A stretch of 48,567 nucleotides of DNA, the filler included, from Jimgerdemannia flammicorona (lineage: Eukaryota): assembly GCA_003990765.1 (NCBI GenBank). It is 2 parts of 2 records of this genome, joined end to end, with 100 filler letters (N's around TTAATTAATTAA, not from the genome) between each part and the next. Parts side by side here need not be neighbours in the genome. Positions count along the whole stretch, not along the records: positions 1 to 24,235 come from RBNJ01001002.1; 1 more part is not named here. One strand, written 5' to 3'. The position numbers and the translations under genes were made by a program. The number at the start of each line of letters is the position of its first letter. Position 1 is the first letter of the stretch. The notes under the pieces are model-generated. The model had not been told where the DNA came from and made no database searches. It saw nothing but the letters and a program-made list of their open reading frames with translations. Of this stretch, positions 13,686-24,335 are shown one piece after another.

Positions 13686-14200
13686 TATCAAATTCTGCTA
13701 GTATTCTTTTCTCATATAACAGTTAATTCTTCTACTAGCATTCTGATCTTGTATAACTCAGAATTCTTCCAGCATCCTTTTCCTATACTACTGAATTCTA
13801 CCAGTACTCTAAACTTATTCAACCATCTGTATCAATACTGGAATCTGTACTGACAACTGTAGTTTTCTGTGTTCCAGTATTTTATTTAGCTATTAGAATT
13901 TATATTTAGCTTTATATCTTAGCAATTATTGAATTATATTTTGTATAAATACTCCTCTTATTTTCTTTGAAATAAAGTCAGTTCTAGTTCACTTACTCTC
14001 ATTCCATACAAACAATCTAAGAGATAACAAGACAGTTTAAAGATAAGAAGTTTGAGAACTAGAAGATCTTGAGAAGGCACTCCAATAAGAACTTGCTTAT
14101 AATAACTTAAGTTAGTTTAAGAGATATATGTACTTTGAAGAGAATCTGATATATTTGAAGGACTCAGTGACTACTATATGATAATATATATGGAAACTGA
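13686..14200 (+). mobile_element. Probable degenerate 3' LTR of element A
   Basis: Follows the accessory ORF; contains ttgtataaatac (13941) and aataaa (13971) arranged like the other LTRs. Termini are mutated, so boundaries are uncertain. Confidence 0.45.
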
Positions 14201-14269
14201 TCACTTATTAATAAAGTATATCTTCGGTACTATTCTTGGCTAGTATATTGTCATCATTCTCAAAAGTAT

Positions 14270-14820
14270 TGTCTGGCTTTCTTAACTTTATTAAAGTATC
14301 CATAAGAGTGCCAACAGGCTTACTTTCATTTATATATATTGAAATATTCAAAAATTGTTTGAGTATATATTACTTGTGAAAGGTATATAGTATATACATT
14401 TCTATTATATATAATAAATATTCTCAAAAAAAAGAATGCATTACTTATATCTTTCATCTTGAATTCTTAGTATAGGGTTTCTTTAACTCTATTAAATCTA
14501 TTCTTGCTAGTAATGATAATTATATTATTAATTTAGATACTTATAAATATTATATCATTATTATAATATTAGATATATATATTTATCTGCTTTATAATAC
14601 ATACATAAATCTATCATTAAGAAGATATTTATTAATTCTTTTATTCCATAATTATGCTACTTGTTTGATGTCATATAATCTCTTATATAATTTTTATATA
14701 AGCCTATTCTTAATATCATCATAGAGTTTATATTCTTATAGTTGATAGATATATAGTTTAGTATCTATATCACTATTTAGAAATGCTATCTTGATATCTA
14801 TTTGATAGATTTCCAGATCA
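14270..14820 (-). mobile_element. Heavily mutated Ty1/Copia reverse transcriptase fragment
   Basis: Minus strand reads DLEIYQIDIKIAFLNSDIDTKLYIYQL*...KLYKRLYDIKQVA*LWNK, matching the Copia consensus QMDVKTAFLNG...LYGLKQAPR.W with many G>A/C>T changes. Confidence 0.85.
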
Positions 14821-15619
14821 CTTACCATTGAGTACATCTATATATTAGAAGTAAGATGACAAAAATAAGAGAGGTCAGTATGAGATAGTATATTAGTAAT
14901 ACTATTTTCTTTATTATATAACAATTATCATTAGAAATTATAATAGAAATTTTAATGAAAATTTCAATATAGTAGTTATATACTATATAGTATAACTATA
15001 TATAGATATATCCAGTATACTATATTTAGCCATAGTTTCAAATCTATATAAATATTCTCTATATTGAGTATATTATATCCTCAGCTCTACTTTCTCCTTA
15101 CAAGAATAAAGAAATATTCTTATCAAAAACTCTCAGATCTAACTTGTTAATAATTCTAAGTCTGATCAACTTAAAATTTAAGTATGATATCTCTACTCTA
15201 TATAAGAATCTGAAAGTAATATCTAGACTATATCTCAGTAACAGATACTTAGAACTTAGCACTTCCTTACAAAACTTAAAATTTAGAGCTGATATATAGT
15301 TATATATTTCAGATTATCTGTAATATATTAATTTTATCAATATATAGTTTTATTATAGTTAATAAAGTAATATTTAAAATTAATAACATTAATAAATTTT
15401 ATAAATATATATAGATCTAAACTTAAGTTTAATTATAAATTAATGAATATTTAAAAGTAATTATAATCTGTAAAATATATATTAATACTATAAAAGAGAA
15501 TATTATAAGAAGAATAAAAAATATAAGTAATAAGTAGTAAAGTAATAATTATTGAGAAATTTAGTATATAAGTAATTAATATATAAATTATACTAACAAT
15601 TATATATTTACTACTTAAG

Positions 15620-15915
15620 TAACCTTAGTATCTAAATTGATATTTAGACATTTTAATGATATTCAGTTTATAAGATTCATTGTGATCTAAAATATAATAG
15701 AATACTATAAATAGTTTTTTATATCTATCTATATACAGAGAGTTTAAAGAATCCATCTTTACCAAACTGAGTGACAACAATATCCTTTATATCAAAGAGT
15801 AAGAAAAATAAATTACTACTTTATAGAAACATAGTAAGTACATCTGTCATATTATATGATATCCGCTATATTCCTGATCTAAAGAAGAACCTCTTTTCTA
15901 TGGGAAAAACAGTGA
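15620..15915 (+). mobile_element. Ty1/Copia protease-region fragment
   Basis: ILYDIRYIPDLKKNLFSMGKT (15850-15912) matches the Copia motif LxDVLYVPxLxxNLLSVGKL; upstream sequence is highly AT-decayed. Confidence 0.65.
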
Positions 15916-16267
15916 TAAGCTAATCCACATGCATTCCAAAGGCGCAATGATATACAACGATCAAAAAACGATCAAAAACAGCATCGAAACAAGGGAATCT
16001 TTATACGATTCACCACTATACACCATCACGCCATGCGATCGTTTAGTCTACCTAGTAAGCGCGCCAAGCGACAAGAAATACTTCTTATTCACAATCTGCT
16101 TCGGAAGTCTTGTACATGAAATGGCTAGGGAGTAATTTAATAAATAAAAATCTCGACTGAATTACACTGTTGATATACATATACAACTCGAGTAACGAGC
16201 AATTTGTGGCTTACATGATGTAAACGTCATCAACGTATACGTCATCAACTTATAAATCAACAATCTT

Positions 16268-16350
16268 TACGTCATCAATAATTTGCAACGGATAAGAGCG
16301 CGTAACTTAGGTATCAATAAAAACATCCAGTAACCCAGTATTACACAACA
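16268..16350 (+). repeat. Direct repeat copy 1 flanking the KDM3-like fragment
   Basis: tacgtcatcaataatttgcaa (16268-16288) is identical to 17802-17822; ccagtaacccagtattac (16327-16344) matches ccagtaatccagtattac (17832-17849). Confidence 0.8.
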
Positions 16351-16604
16351 GTGTGTGCCGCAATTATCAATTAAGTGGTCGGGCGACACTATTCCATCTT
16401 CCCTGAAGCACATCTCTTATCACCATGGCCTCGCCTGGCGCGAACAGTCCTGAAACCTTTCCGGTGGAGCCTTGTGGCCGACTCGTAGAGCAACGGAAGT
16501 GAGGAGGATGACTGGGGATGTGGTGAAGGTAGCGGTCGCTATTGCAGCGGCGACGTTGGGTGTGATTTGAGGTTGAGTACAGAAACGTTGAGTAGGACGG
16601 GAAT

Positions 16605-17747
16605 TTAACGCTGCATTCCAGTGATTGAGTTGTCAGGGGCGATGAGAAAAAAACATCTGATTGAAAGTTGTAGTTCCCGTCGCCCATCTCGGTATGGTAT
16701 CGAACTCATATTAGACGAAGCCGCGAAAGGTTCGGCCACCATCGGGGCAACGGTACCTTTCAATTCCACGAATTCCTCTCCGCCGAACTCTTCCACTTTT
16801 TCCAGTCCCTCCTTCGAAAACTTCGTCATACGAAGCATCTGAATTTTGGTCCATGGAGAACTTATCGAAAGAGCACCTCAATTCTTCGGCACGCTGTCTT
16901 CATCCCATGCATCATAGCAATTGAGACACATCTCCGCACTGCACGCCGAGTATGTCCAATCACATTTGAATGTAGTTGTGCTACAGCAATCGCACGTATG
17001 CCGCACAAAGGTGTCCGCAATCCTCATCACCCTTGAAATGAACTAGCTCCCTAGTGAGCGTAGTTTCTAACGGCTCGGAAATGGTGCGCAGAATGACCGA
17101 CTCGACGGTGCGCACGGATTTCGGAATGGTCGACCGATTAGGTTCTACGATCCGGAAGTGTGAGTCTGGCATGGTGGCCGACACGAAAAATGGAACAGGC
17201 GCGATGGTCGTGTTCTTGTGCTGTCTGAAGATACCTCACCAGCGGCACTTGGTGGCGCAACAATGATTTCAAATGCACGGAACTCCATAAACAAGCAACA
17301 GGTATCCTCTTCCCTGCGCAGGGGCCACACTTGCCGAACCTTTCGTACGCATTTGAAAAACACACCTTCGTCGCTGAAAGTGCATTCTCTCTTGCGGCAC
17401 CCTGGTAGCGTTTTCGACGGCCTGCCGGTGTGTAATGACCTGCGTAGGCAGGTCCGTGGTGTCGTGCCGGCGTCGCTTTGGGCTGAGGTCGATCGCACTT
17501 ACGACGGGTGACGTGTCACGCTGAAGCTTGTGGAGCTTGAGGGGTGGTGTCTAATTGGAGTCAAATACAAACATCGAGCTCTCCATCGCTTCGATGTCGT
17601 GCATGAAACGCGGGCACGTGTAGAGCGGCGGGGTTTCTCGATGGCATGGTGTTCCTTAATCGCACGATGGATCTCGGGTTTCGAAGAGGTGGAGGCATTT
17701 TGGTAATCGGTCTCATACTTTTGTTTGTAACTCGAGTGACGGCTCAT
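16605..17747 (-). pseudogene. KDM3/JMJD1-like zinc-finger fragment (no JmjC domain seen), frameshifted
   Basis: Across frames: VCFSNAYERFGKCGPCAGKRIPVAC / CLFMEFRAFEI, then EPLETTLTRELVHFKG, then VRHTCDCCSTTTFKCDWTYSACSAEMCLNCYDAW. This resembles the KDM3 pattern KCREC...CRF..FRRL...REMCDVCETTLFN.HWVCxxCGxxVCLDCY. No introns evident. Confidence 0.7.
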
Positions 17748-17801
17748 TTCTTCAGTGGCTTATACTAGTGTAGATGTCATTAATGATGACATATCAATAC
17801 C

Positions 17802-17856
17802 TACGTCATCAATAATTTGCAATGCGTATCACCAGTAATCCAGTATTACCTAACAA
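17802..17856 (+). repeat. Direct repeat copy 2 flanking the KDM3-like fragment
   Basis: Same two blocks as 16268-16350, with a shorter spacer. Confidence 0.8.
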
Positions 17857-17910
17857 TTTTCTCTTTCCCTACTTTCAGGCTCCTCGACTATGTCAACGCT
17901 GTCCTGCTTC

Positions 17911-18285
17911 CTATTCGCCGTAGAGCACGTCGTGATGGAGATGGTTGTCGGGGAGCGACGTAGTAGTAGCCACAGGGTGGCCTTGAGTGGTGGAGCCCGT
18001 CGCGGTGGAGGGCGTCGTGGAGGAGCGTCGAAATAGGGCCCTCATAGCGCGACGTAGTATGAGACATGGGACGGACTTAGTGGTGGAACGCATCGCGGTC
18101 GAAGGCGTCGTGTTGGAGCGCGTCGTGGTGGAGGACGTCATGGTGGAGTGCATCGTGGTGGAGCGCGTCGCGGTAGGGCCCGTCAGGGACGTCGTATAAG
18201 CATCCGCTGGACTCTCTGGCATGGTGGAACGCGTGGAGGTGGAGGTTATGTATGGTGTGTACGAAAGTTGGGATTCTGTCTTCAT
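17911..18285 (-). CDS. Putative 124-aa Thr/Ser-rich low-complexity protein
   Basis: Open ATG-initiated ORF MKTESQLSYTPYITST... with TTRST repeats; ORF and upstream DNA are paralogous to 420-1645. Coding status unproven. Confidence 0.4.
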   Translation of the reverse strand: MKTESQLSYTPYITSTSTRSTMPESPADAYTTSLTGPTATRSTTMHSTMTSSTTTRSNTTPSTAMRSTTKSVPCLILRRAMRALFRRSSTTPSTATGSTTQGHPVATTTSLPDNHLHHDVLYGE

Positions 18286-20326
18286 TGTGCTATCACTGGT
18301 GAAGTAGTAGAGGTTGGAGGGAAGACAAGAAATATGTAAAACAAATCCGGATACCGAACGCCAATGCTATAAATTATTTTTTACCATAGCGCCCCATTTC
18401 CTCGGTTTGACGTCATGGTGATCCTGCCAACACGGTGGCTGAGAGCGCACATATTGCTGCTAAACCGCACATCCATTTGGATATTTGTGACGAGGAGTAT
18501 CCGATGGGTGCTAACATTCATCACTTTCCTATCAACATGCGAAATATAGTTGGTAGGGAAACACAACTCCCCACTGACCAAGTTATAAATATATATAAAA
18601 AGCAAAAAAATATGATAAAATATTACAAAAAAAAAAAAAATAAAAAAAAAAAAAGAAAAAAAATTATTTCTTGCGAGGTGGCTGCCACGCGTGGCTTAGT
18701 CTAACTAACTGCGGGTCACTGACGGACGCGAAATATGGGGCTTGTACGACGATTGCCAAGCGACATTGAGCCATTTTCCAAAAAAAATCCATCATCAAAA
18801 AGCGTTCCGAGTAAAGGACATTTCGTAGCTCAACATATATTCTGATGTGTGTGTACATGAATAGGATTGGCAACGAAATATTGCGCTGGTGCCAAGGCAA
18901 TGCATGAATTTGTCATACGATTTAATATAGCTAACATCCGGCGGTTCCTTGGCAGACGCGTCGCTGTCCGTCAACAACCGGACACCCGAAATGCGCGGCC
19001 CTCAAAACCGCAGGTCTGTTAGTTGTATCCAGAAAGACCAGATCGGATACCCGACTGACGACAATCCGCCCTCAGATGAACCCACCATGGGAAGTTGTTA
19101 GCCAAAGGTAGGCAGAACTCTGGCCAGTAACCACTTCGGTTCCTATTGCGTTATTCACTAAATCACATTTCAAACTCAACTACAAAAAACGTGATCTGGT
19201 AACATGACATCAGTGGCCAAAATTAATATCCCTGACAAGTAATATTTCAGCACAACTTGCTGTAGAAAGGAATATCTGTAATAATCTTTGATAATATTAT
19301 ACAAACTTTCAGATATTATTCAGCTGATTTTTTATATCTAAAAATGGTAGCTTGAGAAAGGATCCTTGCTAGACCCATCATTTCCATCAGCTACCCCTGC
19401 TGGATGATAGGTCCACCAGCCCTGACTTCCTTTCAGAGCCATACTCCTTACCTCTTTTCTTGCTTTTTACATTCAGCAACTACTCTATTTTATAGGTATC
19501 AAATAGAATAAGAGAGAATAAATTAAACTTAAATCAGTAAACTCAAGTGAAATAAAATCACCAAATTATCACTATATACTAATTGAGATATGAACTTAAC
19601 TTAATTATAATCTAACTGATCTACCCCCTTCTCTCTCCTCCTCTTCTCAATAACACAGTTTTTATTTCATACAGCTGAGTGACAATATACTGCTTGACAA
19701 AAATTTAGAATAGGAAAATGATTTATGACCAGTGAATATTTATTATTAAGTAATAATTAATGTTGAAATAGGCCAACTACTGAGAAGTAATTATGAGTTC
19801 TATATTATAACTATTGAGATATTAACTTTATATATCAGTATCAAATTTTATGCCATTCTATCAATTTTACATTATTTATCAGTAATATATAAAATACCTT
19901 ATATATTATAAATAAAATTATTTCTTCTATTCATTACTATAAAGATTATAAGCCCCAATAACATAAGTCCTATTAGTAGCTAGAAAAGATAAATATAGTT
20001 ATTATCAGTTAGAGATAGTAAAGAAGTTTACTAATAGTAATAATAAAGTCCTCTCTTATAGTAGAGACAAATGCTCTCTTAAATCAAATAAGATCAATGA
20101 GATTAATATAATTAATGAATTTAGTAATATAGCTAGTAATAAAATTAGTATTTATAAGTTTAGTAATAAGACCAATGAATTTAATAAGTAATGTCAGCTC
20201 TATATATACTTCTAATAGTATGAGTACCAAATAGTACAAATAGTACTACTAACTCAGCTAATGATAATGATAATAATTAGCTAATAAATTTTTGCACATT
20301 ATAGTATATAATACTATACTATATAT

Positions 20327-20800
20327 TGTGACAGTACAGCCAGATTTGGAAGAAGGAAATAGGGAATAGACACTTGATCGCACCCATTCCCAAAGTAGTA
20401 AGGCATAGTTAGCAGTCTTCAATTTCGACATTGTCTAATTTCTTAGACATTGTCTAAATTTTAGACATTATCCAAATCGAATACCCTGATTTAGTATAGC
20501 ATTTAGACATTGTCCAAATGTTTTGACAAAGTCCAAATGACTCATTTATTACTTAGCCACCCTCTCATAGCTAGCAAACTTGTATAAATAACCCAGTATC
20601 TTCGAGTGAATAAACCTCAGATCGAAATAGTTCAAAAGCAAAGAGATAGTAAAGGAACTAGTAAGCCTGCAGGCAGATACACTTCGAACTCACCCACCCT
20701 CCCCTGCAACTTCAAGAGACTCTGCGAGAGTCAGAACAGTCAAGTTTTCAAGATACAGAAATCCGACATACTTTCAAGAGTAAGCATCCGCTATGTTACA
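20327..20800 (+). mobile_element. 5' LTR of Ty3/Gypsy element B (474 bp)
   Basis: TGTGACA...TGTTACA termini, TATA-like ttgtataaata, aataaa; followed directly by a TGG PBS and gag. Confidence 0.92.
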
Positions 20801-20803
20801 ACT

Positions 20804-20820
20804 TGGTGCCCATTGGCTGG
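20804..20820 (+). promoter_or_regulatory. Primer-binding site (TGGTGCCCATTGGCTGG); primer tRNA not assignable
   Basis: TGG begins 3 nt after the LTR's terminal CA. TGGTGCC is complementary to a tRNA 3' end ...GGCACCA; it could also be a CpG-decayed TGGCGCCC. Confidence 0.7.
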
Positions 20821-20914
20821 TGATTCAAGACGAATCCCTCACTTTCAAGCTGAATAATGAACAACCACCACTATCCAAACAACCATACAAACCGAGCCCC
20901 AATACCCAGACAAG

Positions 20915-23900
20915 ATGGATATGAGACTGCCAGTATTCCATGAATATACCTCAGATGAATCAATCATCACCTTCATTAATGATTTCAAGCAGTATGCTGC
21001 CGTAAGGACTCTGACAGCAGTACAGCAAGTAGCCCTCATGCTCTTCAGCCTATGAGGCCCTGCCAGAGCAGTATTCACAGCCGCAACCCATGCAGGAAAT
21101 GATGCCGATACCATACTGATGGCACAGAAGACCTGGCTCCGAAACACATATTACACAGATGAGATCAAGCAAGCCCTGAAGGATCAGCTCAATACAACAT
21201 GCCAAGGAATGAGTGAGGATCCAAACACATTTTATACCAGAATTCGATATCAGATAATCCTTGCAGATTATGCTGCTGCTACCCGAGATCAAGTAGCCGA
21301 AGCAACCTTCATGAAAGGAGTCCATCCAGAAATAGCCATGGCCATCCGCTCATCACCAGTGATTCTGGATCTACCACAGAGGGTCACCTATGCTCAGCGA
21401 TACTGGATAACCAGACACCCACAAGACCATACAATGGAGAGAGTCACAGGAGTCAGAATCGAGGCACCTAAGACAACCAGTGTAATCCCCACCACAATGA
21501 TCAATCGAAACACACCTCAGCCAAAAGCTACCAAGCAGCAAAAGAACAGTGACCCTATGGAGGAACTTGCCAAAAGGTTTGCTGAAATGACTGCCCACCT
21601 GGGAGATGTGGTAAAGGAAATCTGAGGAAGAGATCACTGCCCTGTTCAGAAGTTTGCCGCCACCTCAGATAAGAAGAAAGGTACCTGCTACAGCTGCGGA
21701 GAAGAAGGCCACTACTCCTATGAATATATGAGTGAAACCAAATGCAAGGCTCAACCAAGCAATGCCACACGAAACAAGGAGCAGGCCAATACAATCACCT
21801 TTGAAGAAATCGGAGAATCTGATGAAGAAGAATGAGAGGCCTATCCTGCTCAGACCACCAAGAAGGATGTTCGCAAAGAACCCTACAAGAGACCGCCAGG
21901 AAGACCCAAGAAGAACCCAGTGGAAAAGCGGATGGAAACTGACACAGAAAGCCAAGCTGAAGAGATGGACCAGGATATTGAGCTGGAGCAAGCAGTTCAA
22001 GATATCATCCAAGGGACCACTCCAGCCAGCGAAAGAGAAAAAGAAAAGAAGCTTCGCAAGACCAAGACCTTCAAGTATGATATCTTCAAGGATCTCAGTC
22101 AACAAAAGGTCAATGCAACCTTTGGTCAGCTTGCAGAAATCCCAACATTCAGATAGCAAATGAGGTTTGGACTTGCCGAAACAACCAAGGAACAAGGATG
22201 GAAGATAACTGAGGCCAATAATGTTCAAGAGGACTCAGGAGAAGAAAGTGAGGACAATCGCAAAACCTCTGCCTATGCAACTTGCCAAATTGAAGATAGA
22301 ATCTTTAAAGCCATCATTGATACAGGAGCAGGAGGATGTCTCCTCAGTAAGAAGACAGCAGACCGCCTAGATTGGGATGTAGAAGAAGCAACTAAGCTAG
22401 TATTCGTCACAGCCGATGGCATAAGAGCCACACCTCTGGGAAAGATCCAAGATGTTCCCATCAAGATCGGAGGAGCAACAATCCCAGTAGATGTAATCGT
22501 AACTAATGCCACCAACTATGACATCCTCATCGGCAATCAATGGCTTCACAAAGCCAAGGCAGTAATTGATCTCAATGCCCAGAAGATGCAAATCACCTAC
22601 CGGGGACAGAAGATACGAATTCCCATCAACATCAACAAAGGAGTCCTGCCCGATATGGAGGAAGAAGAGAGTAAGCAAGAGGAAGCTTATATGGTGACTA
22701 CCCCAAAGAAGAAGAAAGTTGGATGGATGAGCGAAGAAGAATGGTGCAAGAAGATCACAGAAGGCTATGCCCCACAAGGAGTCTGTCCTCATGGAATCAA
22801 GATGTACTGTATGGAGCATGTCAATGATTGCTACCAGTGCACCATCGGAACCAGGAAGATCTACCAGGAAAGAAGCCAGAAAGCTCTCGAAAAACAGACC
22901 ATGGAAGAAGAAAAGGAGGAAGATGATGAACCACCAGCCCTCCTGGAGGACAGCAATGATGAAGAAGAAATCAAGATCAAGATTCGAAAGATCCACCCTG
23001 ACGCAGTCTTGCCAGAATACAAGTCAGAAAATGCAGCCGGAATGGACATTGCTACAGTAGAAGAAACTGTACTCGAATCCCAGACAACCACCCTACTCAC
23101 AACTGGACTAGAGATGACCATCCCAAAGGACCATGTCAGGATTCTCAAGACAAGAAGCAGCCTGGCTAGAAGCAAAATCACAATCGAAGGAGGAGTCATT
23201 GATTCAGACTATATGGAAGAAATTCTACTCATCGTTAGGAACCACAATCCTACAATTCCATTCCCAGTCAAGAAGAAGGACCAATTGGCACAGATGTTGA
23301 TCTTCCCAATCATACAGCCAAGGATCATAGAAGTCAAGAATCTGGAGGAAACAAAAAGAGGAAAGAAAGGATTCGGATCCACAGGAAGAGGAGTATTTGC
23401 CAGCACCAAGATCACTGAACTCGAGAATAAGAAGGAGGAAAACATTAGCAAGCACAGTTACACCATTGGAGATGAATTCCCACTCAAGAAGGAACTCAAG
23501 AAAATACTCCACAAATTCGAGGATATCCTTGCCACAGATTTCAAGGATATCAAGGGAAAGACCCCACACTACTATCACGAGGTAGATACTGGAGACACCG
23601 AACCAATTTATCAGAAAGCAAGACCTGTCCCACCAGCCTACCGAGAATGGCTCAGAGAAGAAATCAAGCAGATAGAAGAAGCCGGTATCATTAAAGAAGC
23701 CAGCAGCCCCTGGTCTTCACCAGTTGTACTAGTTCTGAAAAAAGAAAGCAAACCTGGAGAATTTGCCCCAAGGCTCTGTGTCAACTACAGAAAGCTCAAT
23801 GCAGTCACCAAGAAGGATCGCCAACCACTGCTGCTCATCAGTGACATTCTTATAACACTGGGAGACAAAGCACAGTACTACAGCACCTTGGACTTATACT

Positions 23901-24235
23901 CAGGATTCCACCAAATCGGACTCACAGAAGTGGCAAGTGAAAAGTCAGCCTTCATCACCCCAGACGGAACCTACATCTACCTACGAATGCCATTCGGAAT
24001 GTGTAATGCACCAGCAAGCTTTCAGTGAATGATGAACAAAATCTTCCGCTATGACATGGGAAGATGGATGATGGTCTATGTTGATGATGTAATCATCTAC
24101 AGCAAGATGGCTGAGGAACATCTGCAGCACATACAGTAGATAATAGAGAGACTAAGACAACATGGCCTTTATATCAAACCCAAGAAGTGCAAGTTTGCAG
24201 AAATCGAGATCTCCTATCTTGGCCATATCATCAAT
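20915..24235 (+). mobile_element. Single-frame gag-pol of element B: capsid, Zn knuckle, AT-hook-like motif, aspartic protease, Cys/His motif, dUTPase, RT (cut by the gap); inactivated by stops
   Basis: One frame from ATG 20915 with stops at 21053, 21623, 21833, 22154, 24026 and 24137. Motifs: CYSCGEEGHYSYEY (21686-21727), KRPPGRPKK (21887-21913), IIDTGA, ILIGNQWL, SSPWSSPVV, RLCVNYRKLN, LDLYSGFHQI, MPFGMCNAP and YVDD (24077). Confidence 0.95.
22970..23386 (+). other. dUTPase domain within pol of element B, between protease and RT
   Basis: AAGMDI (motif I), RSSLA (II), GGVIDSDY (III), DQLAQ (IV) and RGKKGFGSTG (V). Confidence 0.95.
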
Positions 24236-24335
24236 NNNNNNNNNNNNNNNNNNNNNNNNNNNNNNNNNNNNNNNNNNNNTTAATTAATTAANNNNNNNNN
24301 NNNNNNNNNNNNNNNNNNNNNNNNNNNNNNNNNNN
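24236..24335. other. Artificial contig-joining spacer (44 N + TTAATTAATTAA + 44 N)
   Basis: Exactly 100 nt; the central 12-mer gives stop codons in all six frames, typical of contig-concatenation linkers. Confidence 0.95.

Noticed and set aside
18720..18973. MITE-like imperfect inverted repeat (tgacggac…tgccaag / cttggca…gtccgtca)
   Set aside because: Matches are short and gapped, with no TSD.
21371..23578. Hydrophobic antisense ORFs over gag-pol
   Set aside because: Expected shadows of an A-rich coding strand; no independent evidence.
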